A DNA stretch of 64,000 bases from Actinomycetales bacterium (GCA_016125355.1 WGLX01000011.1:60264-124263); one strand, 5' to 3'; positions 1 to 10,239 are shown, numbered from the stretch's first letter. Notes: generated by a model not told the origin, from the sequence alone. A program made the numbers and translations.

Positions 1-2
1 AC

Positions 3-542
3 CTGATCCTGCTCGATCTCATGCTGCCCGAGGTGCCCGGACTCGAGGTCTGCCGCCAGATCCGCGCGAAGTCGACGGTGCCGATCATCATGCTGACCGC
101 CAAGGACGGGGAGATCGACAAGGTTGTCGGCCTGGAGATCGGTGCCGACGACTACGTCACGAAGCCGTTCTCCTCACGCGAGCTCCTCGCCCGGGTCCGG
201 TCGGTGCTGAGGCGCCACGGCGAGCCGGAGGAGCTGGTCGCGGCCACGGTCGAGGCCGGGCCGGTGCGGATGGATGTCGACCGGCACGTGGTGACAGTGC
301 GCGGCGACACCGTGGCTATGCCGTTGAAGGAGTTCGACCTGCTCGAGTTGCTCGTGCGCAACGCGGGACGGGTACTGACCCGCTCGCAGCTGATCGACCG
401 GGTCTGGGGCGCGGACTACGTGGGCGACACCAAGACCCTCGACGTGCACATCAAGCGCCTGCGCGCGAAGGTCGAGGAGAACCCGAGTGAGCCGACGCAC
501 CTGGTGACGGTGCGGGGTCTGGGCTACAAGTTCGAGCCCTGA
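3..542 (+). CDS. OmpR/PhoB-family response regulator, 5'-truncated by window edge
   Basis: ORF 21..542 stays open in frame to the window start. It shows the end of a receiver domain (IIMLTAKDGEIDKVVGLEIGADDYVTKPF) and a winged-helix C-terminus (TLDVHIKRLRAKVE...LVTVRGLGYKFEP). The context next to lipoprotein-carD-ispDF resembles the Streptomyces phoP neighbourhood. Confidence 0.9.
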   Translation: MILLDLMLPEVPGLEVCRQIRAKSTVPIIMLTAKDGEIDKVVGLEIGADDYVTKPFSSRELLARVRSVLRRHGEPEELVAATVEAGPVRMDVDRHVVTVRGDTVAMPLKEFDLLELLVRNAGRVLTRSQLIDRVWGADYVGDTKTLDVHIKRLRAKVEENPSEPTHLVTVRGLGYKFEP

Positions 543-630
543 CGAGAAGCCGTGACGTACCTCGCATGCTGCGTCAGTCGTTGAGGTCAGCTGTCCGAAT
601 TGTCCGGCAACAACTGCCGCAGCATCCGGG

Positions 631-1134
631 CTACGGGGCGGGAGTGATGCCCTCGTAGATGCCGACCGGCGGGACGGTGAGGACCTGCATGGTGGCCAGG
701 CCGGCCTCACGGAAGCCGAGCTCGACCGGGACGTAGTTGGAGACCGGAACATCGAAGCCGGAGGTCAGGCTGATGCGGTTGTCGCTGTCGTAGCCGAACC
801 CGGTGGTGGATCCGGGGGCGAGATCGCTGCTTGCACCGCCGGCGAAGACGATGTCCGCGGGCTTGCCGTCGATCGTGGCGTAGGTGAGCGCATCGGTGGC
901 CGGCCCGGTGTTGACCAGTCGCACCACGAGCGTCACCGAGCCGGACCCCTCCGGCCCCATCACGAGGGTGGCGTTCTCGATGTGCATGGCGCCCTTCTGG
1001 GTCGCGACGCCGTTGCCGGAGTTCATCGTGGCCTGCGTCGTCGTGGTCGCGCGCGGGCCGTTGAAGCACCCGGTCAGAGCGGGCGTGGCAAGCAGGACGA
1101 GGGCGGCCAGAGCGGCGACGTGGGTGCGCTTCAC
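631..1134 (-). CDS. LpqE-like secreted lipoprotein (DUF461/PCuAC-like fold suspected)
   Basis: Signal peptide with lipobox ([10 protein letters not shown]). 167 aa. It sits next to carD, as lpqE does in mycobacteria. Confidence 0.7.
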   Translation of the reverse strand: MKRTHVAALAALVLLATPALTGCFNGPRATTTTQATMNSGNGVATQKGAMHIENATLVMGPEGSGSVTLVVRLVNTGPATDALTYATIDGKPADIVFAGGASSDLAPGSTTGFGYDSDNRISLTSGFDVPVSNYVPVELGFREAGLATMQVLTVPPVGIYEGITPAP

Positions 1135-1236
1135 GCGGCACAGAGTAGCGAAGCAGGGTGGGCTGTTTCAGGCGGGCCGGAAAGAGGGTCGGCCCCGCGT
1201 GTTACCCTTGTATGCCTGCGAAAGGGGTCCCTCTCC

Positions 1237-1719
1237 ATGACGTTCAACGTCGGCGACACGGTTGTCTATCCGCACCACGGAGCAGCCGTTATCGAAGCGG
1301 TAGAGATTCGGACGATCAAGGGCGAGGAGCGCGAGTACCTCGTCCTTCGTGTCGCTCAGGGCGACCTGACCGTCCGGGTGCCTGCCGACAACATCGATCT
1401 GGTCGGCGTCCGGGACGTGGTGAACCAGGAGGGCCTGGATCGCGTGTTCAACGTGCTTCGCCAGCCCTACACCGAGGAGCCGACCAACTGGTCGCGTCGG
1501 TACAAGGCCAATCTCGAGAAGCTGGCTTCCGGGGATGTCATCAAGGTCGCCGAGGTCGTTCGTGACCTGTGGCGGCGTGAGCGTGAGCGCGGGCTGTCGG
1601 CCGGCGAGAAGCGCATGCTGGCGAAGGCCCGGCAGATCCTCGTCAGCGAGCTTGCGCTCGCCGAGAAGACGAACGAGGACAAGGCCGAGGCGATCCTCGA
1701 CGAAGTCCTCGCCTCGTAG
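1237..1719 (+). CDS. carD: CarD-family RNA polymerase-binding transcription regulator
   Basis: Internal ATG at 1237 of ORF 982..1719. The N-terminus [20 protein letters not shown]... and overall length (160 aa) are typical of CarD. Conserved carD-ispD-ispF synteny. Confidence 0.93.
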   Translation: MTFNVGDTVVYPHHGAAVIEAVEIRTIKGEEREYLVLRVAQGDLTVRVPADNIDLVGVRDVVNQEGLDRVFNVLRQPYTEEPTNWSRRYKANLEKLASGDVIKVAEVVRDLWRRERERGLSAGEKRMLAKARQILVSELALAEKTNEDKAEAILDEVLAS

Positions 1720-1724
1720 TCACG

Positions 1725-2435
1725 GTGACCGCGGGTCGAACCGCCGCCCTCGTTCCGGCGGCCGGTCGGGGTGAGCGACTCGGTCCCGGCGCCCCGAAGG
1801 CACTACGCGCACTCGCCGGGGTTCCCATGCTGGTCCATGCCGTGCGCGCCCTCGCGGCGTCGCGAACGGTCGACGTCGTGGTGGTCGCTGCCCCGGAGGA
1901 CGCTCGGGAGAGCGTCAGCTCACTGCTGGCCGAGGCCTCCCTGGGGGCGGATGTGGTCGTCGTCGGCGGCGGAGACACCCGTCAGGACTCCGTGGCCCGC
2001 GGCCTGCTCGCCCTCCCCGAGGATGTCGACGTCGTCCTCGTCCATGACGCCGCCCGGCCGTTGGTGCCCGAGGAGCTGGTCACGGCCGTGGCGGCCGCGG
2101 TCCGGGCCGGTCATTCCGCCGTGGTCCCCGGTCTGCCGGTCGTGGACACCATCAAGCAGGTCGACGACGCGTCGAACGTGGTCACGACCGTGGACCGCAC
2201 TCCGCTCCGGGCCATCCAGACTCCCCAGGGCTTCACCCGGGAGGTGCTGCAACGTGCCCACGCCGCGGCCGACCTCGGGGCCCCGGCCACCGACGATGCC
2301 GGCCTCGTCGAGCGTCTCGGCGTGCCGGTGCACGTCATCCCAGGGCACGAGGAGGCGTTCAAGGTGACGCGCCCCTTCGACGTCACCATGGCCGAGGCAG
2401 TACTCGCCCGACGGAGGGCTGCCGGTGCCCGCTGA
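1725..2435 (+). CDS. ispD: 2-C-methyl-D-erythritol 4-phosphate cytidylyltransferase
   Basis: N-terminal [14 protein letters not shown]...PKAL motif. 236 aa. It overlaps the following ispF. Confidence 0.92.
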   Translation: MTAGRTAALVPAAGRGERLGPGAPKALRALAGVPMLVHAVRALAASRTVDVVVVAAPEDARESVSSLLAEASLGADVVVVGGGDTRQDSVARGLLALPEDVDVVLVHDAARPLVPEELVTAVAAAVRAGHSAVVPGLPVVDTIKQVDDASNVVTTVDRTPLRAIQTPQGFTREVLQRAHAAADLGAPATDDAGLVERLGVPVHVIPGHEEAFKVTRPFDVTMAEAVLARRRAAGAR

Positions 2436-2904
2436 CCTCCCGCTGGTCGGCGTGGGCACGGACGTGCACGCCTTCGAAGAGGGGCGGCCACTCTGGCTCG
2501 CGGGGCTGCTGTGGCCCGGCGAGACCGGCCTGGCGGGCCACTCGGATGCGGACGTGGCCGCCCACGCCATCTGCGACGCACTGCTGTCTGCCGCAGGCCT
2601 GGGTGATCTCGGTGCGGTCTTCGGGACGAGTGACCCGCAGTGGGCCCAGGCGTCGGGGGTGTCCCTCCTGAGCCACACGGCGCACCTGGTGCGCGAGGCA
2701 GGCTTCGTCATCGGCAACGCCAGCGTGCAGATCGTCGGCAACCGTCCCAAGGTCGGACCTCGCCGGGAGGAGGCGCAGGACGTGCTCAGCGCAGCCATCG
2801 GGGCGCCGGTCCGGGTTTCCGGGACGACCACCGACGGCCTGGCGATGACTGGCCGTGGAGAGGGCGTTGCCGCCATTGCGGTAGCGTCGGTGGGACGGGC
2901 ATGA
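2425..2904 (+). CDS. ispF: 2-C-methyl-D-erythritol 2,4-cyclodiphosphate synthase
   Basis: [21 protein letters not shown]...[17 protein letters not shown] motif. 159 aa. Confidence 0.93.
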   Translation: MPADLPLVGVGTDVHAFEEGRPLWLAGLLWPGETGLAGHSDADVAAHAICDALLSAAGLGDLGAVFGTSDPQWAQASGVSLLSHTAHLVREAGFVIGNASVQIVGNRPKVGPRREEAQDVLSAAIGAPVRVSGTTTDGLAMTGRGEGVAAIAVASVGRA

Positions 2905-3647
2905 CGCCCTCGAGGGGAGCGACGGCGATGACGGTCCGAAGGATCCTTGTGGGTGCGGTGGCCGTAGCGGCCGGTGTGGGGCTGGCGACCGCCTCGCCGG
3001 CGAGTGCCTATGACACCGGCGCCTACGAGTACGCGGCCGGCCACATGATCGAGCGCACGGACATCCCCAAGTCCCTCGGCGCCTACAAGCCAGGACTCAG
3101 CTTCGGTGCGAATCCCGGGTTGAAGTCCCTGTGGATCTGCAATGTTCCGCAGGCCGACCCCAACGCACCCGACGTCACCGTGAAGGTGCCCGGCCCGAAG
3201 TACTCCTTCTCCGCGAGCTACAACGGTCGCGGCGCGCAGACGCCGTTCCTCAATGTCAACGTCAACCAGTACGCCAATGCCACGAAGGCGGAGGCCGCGT
3301 TCCGGCTGATCCAGTCCCGCGTGAAGGCCTGCTCCGGGACCGGCTCCGACACCTACACGGACGACGACGGCACCACCACCACCTACTCGTCGGCCGTGTC
3401 CCACGGGGTCGTGCCCTCGGTAACCACGGCGGGCGTCCAGTCCATCTTCGTGAGCATGAACAATCTCTCCGAGACGCTGCCCAAGGGCGGGATCTCGATC
3501 AGCGACTCCTACAACGTTCTCTCGCTCTTCGACGACACGATCATCGAGACGCAGTACTACTCGGGCGGTACCAAGAACCTGACGACCGCGCAGCGCCGGG
3601 CCGTCAACAAGGTCGCGTTCAACGCAGAGACAAGGTGGGTGGGCTGA
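2901..3647 (+). CDS. secreted protein of unknown function (signal peptide, two Cys; possible extracellular sensor-type domain)
   Basis: The ATG at 2901 overlaps the ispF stop (ATGA); an alternative ATG lies at 2928. Signal peptide [24 protein letters not shown]. No catalytic motif recognised. Confidence 0.6.
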   Translation: MTPSRGATAMTVRRILVGAVAVAAGVGLATASPASAYDTGAYEYAAGHMIERTDIPKSLGAYKPGLSFGANPGLKSLWICNVPQADPNAPDVTVKVPGPKYSFSASYNGRGAQTPFLNVNVNQYANATKAEAAFRLIQSRVKACSGTGSDTYTDDDGTTTTYSSAVSHGVVPSVTTAGVQSIFVSMNNLSETLPKGGISISDSYNVLSLFDDTIIETQYYSGGTKNLTTAQRRAVNKVAFNAETRWVG

Positions 3648-3649
3648 CG

Positions 3650-4048
3650 ATGACGACATTGCCGGACGAGGCCAAGGCCTGGATCGACGCGAACGAGTTC
3701 GCCACGATCGGCACGCTCCTCCCCAGCGGGGGACCGCATTTGTCGGTGGTCTGGGTCGCCCGCGACGGCGATGACCTCCTGGTCTCGACGGTCAAGGGCC
3801 GACGCAAGCACATGAACATGGAGCGGGACCCGCGGGTCTCCGTTCTGGTCTACCCGCGCGCCGCCCCCTACAACTACGTCGAGGTGCGCGGCACGGCCAC
3901 CATGACGGAGGAGGGCGGCCGGGAGCTCATCGACCGGCTCTGCCAGCTCTACACCGGTGCCGACCGCTACACGGCTGACGATGGCACGGACAACGTGCGG
4001 GTCGTCGTGCGGATCACCCCGGAGAAGGTCGTCCTCCGCAACCGCTAG
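3650..4048 (+). CDS. PPOX-class (pyridoxamine 5'-phosphate oxidase-like, probably F420/FMN-binding) protein
   Basis: 132 aa from the internal ATG at 3650 of ORF 3131..4048. The FATIGTLLPSGGPHLSVVWVARDGDDLLVST...VVVRITPEKV pattern is typical of split-barrel PPOX proteins. Confidence 0.75.
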   Translation: MTTLPDEAKAWIDANEFATIGTLLPSGGPHLSVVWVARDGDDLLVSTVKGRRKHMNMERDPRVSVLVYPRAAPYNYVEVRGTATMTEEGGRELIDRLCQLYTGADRYTADDGTDNVRVVVRITPEKVVLRNR

Positions 4049-4084
4049 TCGGAACGAGCCCTTCTCCTCGGTAGGGTTTCCGAC

Positions 4085-5488
4085 GTGCCACTTCGCCTGT
4101 ACGACACCGCGACCCGCTCCGTGCGGGACTTCGTCCCGCTCGTCGAGGGCAAGGCGAGCATCTACCTCTGCGGTGCGACCGTTCAGGCCCCGCCGCATGT
4201 CGGGCACATCCGCAGCGGCATCGCCTTCGACGTGGTGCAACGGTGGCTGACGGCCAGGGGCTACGAGGTCACCTTCGTCCGGAACGTCACGGACATCGAC
4301 GACAAGATCATCGCCCGGGCCGCTGACGAGGACGTGCCGTTCTGGACGATCGCCATCCGCAACGAGCGGGCATTCACGCGCGCCTACGACGTGCTCGGGT
4401 GCCTGCCGCCCAGCTACGAGCCACGGGCGACAGGTCATGTCCCCGAGATCGTCGGGATGATGCAGCGGCTCATCGACGCGGGTCACGGGTACGTCTCGGG
4501 CGGCGATGTGTACTTCGACGTCCGCTCCTTCCCGGAGTACGGCGCCCTCAGCGGACAGCGCCTCGACGAGATGATGGCGGCCACGGATGCGGAGCCGCTC
4601 GCCAAGCGCGATCCGCGGGACTTCGCGATGTGGAAGGCCGCCAAGCCCGGCGAGCCGTCATGGGATACCCGCTGGGGACCCGGGCGGCCTGGCTGGCACA
4701 TCGAGTGCTCGGCGATGGCCGAGAAGTACCTCGGCGGCGCGTTCGACATCCACGGTGGTGGTCTCGACCTGGTCTTCCCGCACCATGAGAACGAGATCGC
4801 GCAGAGCAGGGCGGCCGGTGACGGCTTCGCCCAGTACTGGATGCACAACGCCTGGGTGACGACGGCCGGCGAGAAGATGAGCAAGTCGCTCGGCAACTCC
4901 CTGCTCGTCGACGAGGTCATCCAGCGTGTCCGGCCCGTGGAGCTGCGGTACTACCTCGCCGGAGCGCACTACCGCTCCATGCTGGAGTACTCGGACGCGA
5001 ACGTGGCCGAGGCCGGCCAGGGCTACCGCCGGATCGAGGGCTTCCTCGCCCGCGTGCGCGAGGCGCTGGGGCTCACCGGGGCACCGGAGATCCACTGCGA
5101 GGCTCGCCCTCAGGCTTTCGACGATGCCATGGACGATGACATCGGCGTACCGCAGGCGCTCGCCGTGGTGCACGAGCGAGTCCGCGCGGGGAACGCTGCG
5201 CTCGCGGCCGACGACCATGAGGCGGCGCGTGGGGAGATGGATGCGGTCCTGGCCATGCTCGACATCCTGGGCCTGAACCCCTATTCGGAGCCCTGGGCGG
5301 GCGCCGTCTCGGCGGGTGGGCGCGAGACCGAGGTGATCGACGCCTTGGTCCAGGTGGTGCTCGCCCAACGGCAGGAGGCCCGGGCGCGCAAGGACTTCGC
5401 CGCCGCCGATGCCATCCGCGACGGGCTGGACCAGATCGGTATCAAGGTCGAGGACACCGCACACGGCGTGCGCTGGTCGCTGGACTAG
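4085..5488 (+). CDS. cysS: cysteine--tRNA ligase
   Basis: Class I HIGH-type motif ([10 protein letters not shown]) and KMSKS motif. 467 aa. Confidence 0.95.
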   Translation: MPLRLYDTATRSVRDFVPLVEGKASIYLCGATVQAPPHVGHIRSGIAFDVVQRWLTARGYEVTFVRNVTDIDDKIIARAADEDVPFWTIAIRNERAFTRAYDVLGCLPPSYEPRATGHVPEIVGMMQRLIDAGHGYVSGGDVYFDVRSFPEYGALSGQRLDEMMAATDAEPLAKRDPRDFAMWKAAKPGEPSWDTRWGPGRPGWHIECSAMAEKYLGGAFDIHGGGLDLVFPHHENEIAQSRAAGDGFAQYWMHNAWVTTAGEKMSKSLGNSLLVDEVIQRVRPVELRYYLAGAHYRSMLEYSDANVAEAGQGYRRIEGFLARVREALGLTGAPEIHCEARPQAFDDAMDDDIGVPQALAVVHERVRAGNAALAADDHEAARGEMDAVLAMLDILGLNPYSEPWAGAVSAGGRETEVIDALVQVVLAQRQEARARKDFAAADAIRDGLDQIGIKVEDTAHGVRWSLD

Positions 5489-5500
5489 GCGGGAGAGACC

Positions 5501-6448
5501 ATGGCAGGGAACTCGCAGCGACGCGGCGCGATGCGCAAGTCGGGAACCAAGAAGGGCGCCACGGTGGGCAGCGGCGGACAGCGCCGGGCGAAGCTGCAGG
5601 GACGCGGTCCCACGCCGAAGGCCGTCGATCGGCCGCATCATCCGGCGGCCCGCCGCGAGCGTGCGGCGCAGAAGCGCGGCGCGTCGACCCAGCGTCGGTC
5701 CACGTCCGGCGGGGGGCGCAAGACCCAGGGCAGCATGCTCATGGGCCGCAATCCGATCGTCGAGGCCCTCCGCGTCGGCATCCCCGCCACGGCGCTGTAC
5801 GTGCAGGCGCGTGCCGAGGCGGACGACCGCTGGCGCGAGGCCATGCGTGCCGCCGTGGCGCAGGGCATCCCGCTCATGGAGGTCACCAAGGCGGAGCTCG
5901 ACCGGATGACCGATGGCGGTGTGCACCAGGGACTGGTGCTGACCGTGCCCGAGTACGACTACGCCGACCTGCACGACCTGACCACGGGGACGCTGCTGGT
6001 GGCGCTCGACGGTGTCACGGACCCCAGGAACCTCGGCGCCATCGCCCGCTCCGCGGCGGCGTTCGGCGCCGATGGGATCGTCATCCCGACCCGGCGCTCG
6101 GTCGGCGTCACGGCGGCAGCGTGGAAGACGTCGGCGGGAGCGCTCGCCCGGATCCCGGTGGCCCAGGTGACCAACATGACCCGCGCTCTCCAGGACCTGC
6201 AGAAGGAGGGGTTCACCGTCGTCGGCCTGTCCGCTGACGCAGATGCCGACCTTGCCACCCTGGCTGCCGACGTCCTGTCCGACCCCGTGGTTCTCGTGGT
6301 GGGTGCCGAGGGCGCCGGCCTGTCCCGGCTGGTTGGCGAGACCTGCGACTGGCGGGTCGCCATCCCCATGACCGACCAGATCGAGTCGCTGAACGCCTCA
6401 GTGGCGGCCAGCATCGTGCTTCACGCGGCGTTCGCAGCGCGCTCCTGA
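5501..6448 (+). CDS. rlmB: 23S rRNA (guanosine-2'-O-)-methyltransferase, SpoU/TrmH family (RlmB-like)
   Basis: Basic N-terminal extension plus SpoU core (DGVTDPRNLGAIARSA...VVGAEGAGLSRL...IPMTDQIESLNASVAASI). Conserved position after cysS. Confidence 0.88.
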   Translation: MAGNSQRRGAMRKSGTKKGATVGSGGQRRAKLQGRGPTPKAVDRPHHPAARRERAAQKRGASTQRRSTSGGGRKTQGSMLMGRNPIVEALRVGIPATALYVQARAEADDRWREAMRAAVAQGIPLMEVTKAELDRMTDGGVHQGLVLTVPEYDYADLHDLTTGTLLVALDGVTDPRNLGAIARSAAAFGADGIVIPTRRSVGVTAAAWKTSAGALARIPVAQVTNMTRALQDLQKEGFTVVGLSADADADLATLAADVLSDPVVLVVGAEGAGLSRLVGETCDWRVAIPMTDQIESLNASVAASIVLHAAFAARS

Positions 6449-7608
6449 TCGGGTGCGGACGGGGCCTTGACGAGGGCGTTGCCCATCAGCGGGAAGAAGA
6501 GCACCGTCAACGCTCCCGCCCCTACAAGGGCAGCGGCGTCCGTCGACGACATCGCGCCTGCACTCACCTCGACGGCCGTGACGGCCACGATGATCGGCAG
6601 GCCGGTCGCCACGTAGAGCGAGAAGCGGGCGCGTTCCCGGCGGTCCGGTATCGCCCGCCGGTAGAGCAGGTACTGCGTGAGGCCGCGAGCGACCGCGATG
6701 TAGAGGAAGAAGCGGATCATCGGCAGCGGGTCCTCGATGATCGAGCGGATGTCCAGCGTCGCCCCCGAGACGACGAAGAACAGCGGGATCAGGAACCCGA
6801 AGCCGATCGCCTCGATGCGTGTCTGCAGCGCGGACTCTCCGCCGGCCGGGGCGAAGCGGCGCACGATGACGCCCGCGATGAAGGCGCCGAGCACGACGTC
6901 GAGGCCGAACAGTCCCGCCATCGACAGCAGCAGGACGAGCAGCAGCATCGTGAAACGCAGCGCCGTCTGGGAGCTGGTGTTCTGCCCACGGGCGATGACC
7001 TCCCGGACGCGATCACCAGCGAACCGGGCGGGCAGAGTGGCCATGACGAAGGCGAGGACAGCGAAGGCCGCGAGGCTGAGGATCGCCGCGAACGAGGACT
7101 TCGTGCCCAGCAGGACGGAGATCGCGATGATCGGACCGAACTCGCCCCACGCGCCGGCGCCCATGAAGAAGGTGCCGAAGCGTGTGCCAAGCTCGCCGCG
7201 GTCCCTGATGATGGGCAGCAGCGTGCCCAACGCGGTCGACGTGAGGGCGATCGCGACGCCGATCGTGTCGTCGATCCGCCCCCGGTAGGACATGAGCAGG
7301 GCCGCGGCGATGGCGACGATGAGGGAGATCAGCCACCCGACTGCCGCGAGCTTGCCGCTCTGCCCGCGGATGGCCCGCTGCTCGAGTTCCATGCCGGCGA
7401 GGAAGAACAGCAGGCCGAGGCCGAGCTCGGAGAGCAGGGAGATGGAGTCGTCGATGACGATCCAGCCGAGGAGCTCGGGCCCGAAGAGGATGCCGGCGCC
7501 GAGTAGCAGGACCACCTCGGCGACCTTGATGCGGAACAGGCCGACGATGAGGGGGGTGAACGCGGCGATAGCCGTGATCACCAGCAGGGATCGGAACTCG
7601 TCGTGCAT
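6421..7608 (-). CDS. cation:proton antiporter (CPA-type), paralog 2
   Basis: 395-aa polytopic protein. ATG at 7608 with AGGAG 6 nt upstream. It aligns end to end with the neighbouring 395-aa paralog (shared SELGLG..FF.AG.EL, GAGAWGEFGPI, EAIGFGFLIP.FFVVSGA). The longer ORF start at 7803 was rejected. Confidence 0.85.
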   Translation of the reverse strand: MHDEFRSLLVITAIAAFTPLIVGLFRIKVAEVVLLLGAGILFGPELLGWIVIDDSISLLSELGLGLLFFLAGMELEQRAIRGQSGKLAAVGWLISLIVAIAAALLMSYRGRIDDTIGVAIALTSTALGTLLPIIRDRGELGTRFGTFFMGAGAWGEFGPIIAISVLLGTKSSFAAILSLAAFAVLAFVMATLPARFAGDRVREVIARGQNTSSQTALRFTMLLLVLLLSMAGLFGLDVVLGAFIAGVIVRRFAPAGGESALQTRIEAIGFGFLIPLFFVVSGATLDIRSIIEDPLPMIRFFLYIAVARGLTQYLLYRRAIPDRRERARFSLYVATGLPIIVAVTAVEVSAGAMSSTDAAALVGAGALTVLFFPLMGNALVKAPSAPDQERAANAA

Positions 7609-7640
7609 GACTGCTCCTAGGGTCGGCGCGAGGATCGTAG

Positions 7641-7772
7641 CGTCGAGACCGTCAGGTATCGGCGTTCGAGAGTCTGCGTCGAGACCGTCAGGTATCGGCG
7701 TTCGAGAGTCTGCGTCGAGACCGTCAGGTATCGGCGTTCGAGAGTCTGCGTCGAGACCGTCAGGTATCGGCG
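7641..7772. repeat. perfect 36-bp tandem repeat, 3 full copies plus a 24-bp partial copy
   Basis: The unit cgtcgagaccgtcaggtatcggcgttcgagagtctg occurs at 7641, 7677 and 7713, with a partial copy at 7749..7772. The partial copy is the true 3' end (GADT-stop) of CDS 7760..8947. Confidence 0.97.
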
Positions 7773-8947
7773 CCCGCAGCTTTCGCCGACACGGTGCGGC
7801 CACGGGTACGGAGGGCCTCGCCGAGCGCCGGGAACACGAGCACGGAGACCATGCCGGCTCCGACGAGCGCGGCGGCGGTCGACGGCAGCATCACGCCCGC
7901 CTCCACCTCGAGATTCGTGACCGCGACGATGATCGGCAGCCCGGTGGCGACCAGGAGCGAGAACCGCGCTCTCTCCCGGGGCTGGGGGAGTGCCCGCCAG
8001 TACAGGAAGAACTGGGGGAGGCCGCGCGCGGCGACGAGCACCAGCGTGAACGCGACCAGTCGCAGGGGGTTCTCCGCAATGGACGTGATGTTGAGCCTGG
8101 CGCCGGACACGACAAAGAACACCGGGATCAGGAAGCCGAAGCCGATGGCCTCGACCTTGCGCTCGAGGACCACCTCCCCGCCGGCGGGGAGGTATCGGCG
8201 AACGACCATGCCCGCGACGAAGGCCCCGAGGATGATGTCGAGGTCGAGCACCGCAGCGAGGACGAGCATCCCCACGATGAACGCGAGCGTGAGGCGGACG
8301 GGCGTCTGCGAGCTCGTGCCGTGGCCACGCACCCAGAGGCGTCGCATCGTCCGTGACATGAGGCGGCTCGGCAGGACAGCGATGATCAGCACGATGATGC
8401 CGAACATGACCAGCGTCAGGGCGGCGGCTGCTGACGACCGGGTGGTGAGGAGCAGCGCCATGGCGAAGATGGGGCCGAACTCGCCCCACGCGCCGGCGCC
8501 GACGAAGAGTCGCCCGAATCGGGTGCCCAGCTCGCCGTGGTCGCGGAGCCCGGGCAGGAGGGTGCCGAGCGCGGTGGAGCTGAGGGCGATCGCCATGGCG
8601 ATGCCGGCCACCACCCGGCCGGTGAGGACGAAGGCAGTGGACAGCGCCACGGCGACCGCGATCGAGATGGCCCACCCGGCCGCGGCGAGCCGTCCGGCCG
8701 GCCCCCGTAGGACGCGGAAGTCGAGTTCGAGACCGGCGATGAAGAAGAGCATCCCGAGGCCGAGCTCGGAGAGCAGCTCGATCGGCTCGTCGATGTGGAT
8801 CCAGTCCAGGACATAGGGCCCGCAGAGGATGCCTCCCAGCAGGAGGAAGACGACTCCCGTGACGCGGATGTTGAGCAGGCCGACGGCGATCGGAACGAGC
8901 GCCGAGATGACGAGGATGACGAACAGGGACCCCAGGCCGTCGATCAT
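7760..8947 (-). CDS. cation:proton antiporter (CPA-type), paralog 1
   Basis: 395-aa polytopic membrane protein. Its start overlaps the stop of the upstream DUF4032 gene (ATGA at 8944..8947). Confidence 0.85.
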   Translation of the reverse strand: MIDGLGSLFVILVISALVPIAVGLLNIRVTGVVFLLLGGILCGPYVLDWIHIDEPIELLSELGLGMLFFIAGLELDFRVLRGPAGRLAAAGWAISIAVAVALSTAFVLTGRVVAGIAMAIALSSTALGTLLPGLRDHGELGTRFGRLFVGAGAWGEFGPIFAMALLLTTRSSAAAALTLVMFGIIVLIIAVLPSRLMSRTMRRLWVRGHGTSSQTPVRLTLAFIVGMLVLAAVLDLDIILGAFVAGMVVRRYLPAGGEVVLERKVEAIGFGFLIPVFFVVSGARLNITSIAENPLRLVAFTLVLVAARGLPQFFLYWRALPQPRERARFSLLVATGLPIIVAVTNLEVEAGVMLPSTAAALVGAGMVSVLVFPALGEALRTRGRTVSAKAAGADT

Positions 8948-10239
8948 CCGTCATCCCCGCCCGGCTCACCCGGCTGCGTGGGCTCAGGCGGCAGGACGAT
9001 GCGCAGTTCCGCCGTCTCATCGGAGGGCTGGCCGATCCGCGCGCCCAGGACGGACTGCTCGTCGGGCTTGCCGGACAGGATGGAGTCGACGTAGTCGCGG
9101 ATGGCCTCCTCGAAGGGGACGCTGGCACCTGCCCGCTCGGACATGAACCACCGGTGCTCCAGCACCTCGTGGAAGATCTCTGCCGGCTCGAGTTTTCCGC
9201 GGAGGGCTGGCGGCACCTCGGACATGACCCGCTCGAAACGGTCGGTCACCCAGCGGTGCGCCGAGAGCTCCTCGTCCTCCTGTCCGATCCCGATCTTCAG
9301 GCGGTAGGAGTCCAGGTCATTCAGGAGGCGTCGCGCCTGGTTCTCCTCGACGTCGAGTCCGGTCAGCCGGATCAGCCGTCGGGAGTGATGGCCCGCGTCG
9401 ACCACCTTCGGGCTGACGGTGATGTGCTCGCCGTCGCTCTGCGTGCTCACCTGGAGCTCGGCCACGTCGAAGCCCAGCTCGTTGAGCCGGCGAACGCGCG
9501 CCTCCAGAAGGTAGCGGTCGTCGCGGGTGATGACGATCGGCCCGGTGACCTCCTCCCACAGTGCGTCGTACTTCGTGCGGATCCCGACGCCGGTGACGAT
9601 GGGGTCGATGCCGTCCTGGAGTCGTCCGCCGGCCTGAAGGTCCATGAGCTCGCCGGCCACGTTGGTCGCGGCGGTCTCCAGGTCGTACTCCCGTTGGCCG
9701 ATCGACAGCGACGGGTGCAGCTCCCCGGTCTCGGCGTCGACGAGGTACGCGGCGAAGGCGCCGGCGTCACGGCGGAAGAGGGTATTCGACAGCGAGCAGT
9801 CGTTCCACGAGAAGCCGGCGAGGTGCAGCTGGACGAGCAGCACGGCCAGGGCGTCGAGAAGCCGGTTCGCCGTCTCCTGCCGGAGGCTCGACGAGAACAG
9901 CGCTCGATACGGCAGGGAGAACTGCAGGTGCTGCGTGATCAGCGCTGCGGGCAGCACGTCGCCACCCCTGTCGTGTCGATCGAGGACGACGCCGACGGGT
10001 TCCACGACCGGGAGGTCGCGACGGCCCAGGTCGAAGAGCAGCTCGTACTCGCGCTGGGCGAGGGGGGCCTCGACCTCCTTGATGGCATAGACCACGCCGT
10101 TGAGGCGGACGAAGCGCACGATGTGGCGGGAGATGCCGCGAGGCAGGGCCACCACGAGATCCTCCGGCCACTCCTCGAGTGGCAGGTGCCATGGGAGGAA
10201 GGCGAGTTCGGGCTCCTGCGGTCTGCCGGTCATGCGCAC
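8944..10239 (-). CDS. DUF4032-type protein with an N-terminal protein-kinase-like (LPS kinase/RIO-like) region
   Basis: 431 aa. The N-terminal half resembles small kinase-like folds (IKEVEAPLAQREYELL...HLAGFSWNDCSLSNTLF...YLVDAETGE). The acidic C-terminal half is conserved. Translationally coupled to the antiporter. Confidence 0.6.
   Translation of the reverse strand: MRMTGRPQEPELAFLPWHLPLEEWPEDLVVALPRGISRHIVRFVRLNGVVYAIKEVEAPLAQREYELLFDLGRRDLPVVEPVGVVLDRHDRGGDVLPAALITQHLQFSLPYRALFSSSLRQETANRLLDALAVLLVQLHLAGFSWNDCSLSNTLFRRDAGAFAAYLVDAETGELHPSLSIGQREYDLETAATNVAGELMDLQAGGRLQDGIDPIVTGVGIRTKYDALWEEVTGPIVITRDDRYLLEARVRRLNELGFDVAELQVSTQSDGEHITVSPKVVDAGHHSRRLIRLTGLDVEENQARRLLNDLDSYRLKIGIGQEDEELSAHRWVTDRFERVMSEVPPALRGKLEPAEIFHEVLEHRWFMSERAGASVPFEEAIRDYVDSILSGKPDEQSVLGARIGQPSDETAELRIVLPPEPTQPGEPGGDDG

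Noticed and set aside
1920-3659. 579-aa minus-strand ORF antisense to ispD/ispF. Similar long antisense or out-of-frame ORFs occur at 4658..5974, 24769..26463, 38671..40242, 40224..41762, 42259..44283, 44650..46032 and elsewhere.
   Set aside because: Their Arg/Gly/Pro/Ala-rich, low-complexity translations are typical of stop-poor alternative frames in high-GC DNA. Each fully overlaps a gene with clear family motifs on the other strand or in another frame.
7641-7772. Possible CRISPR array (36-bp repeats)
   Set aside because: The repeats are directly adjacent with no spacers, and no cas genes are in the window. It is a simple tandem repeat.
6421-7803. Long form of the antiporter ORF, with an N-terminal RTPIPDGLDADS x3 repeat
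   Set aside because: The extension is made entirely of the 36-bp DNA tandem repeat and overlaps the 3' end of the upstream gene. The internal ATG at 7608 has a good AGGAG RBS and gives a 395-aa protein, exactly matching its paralog.
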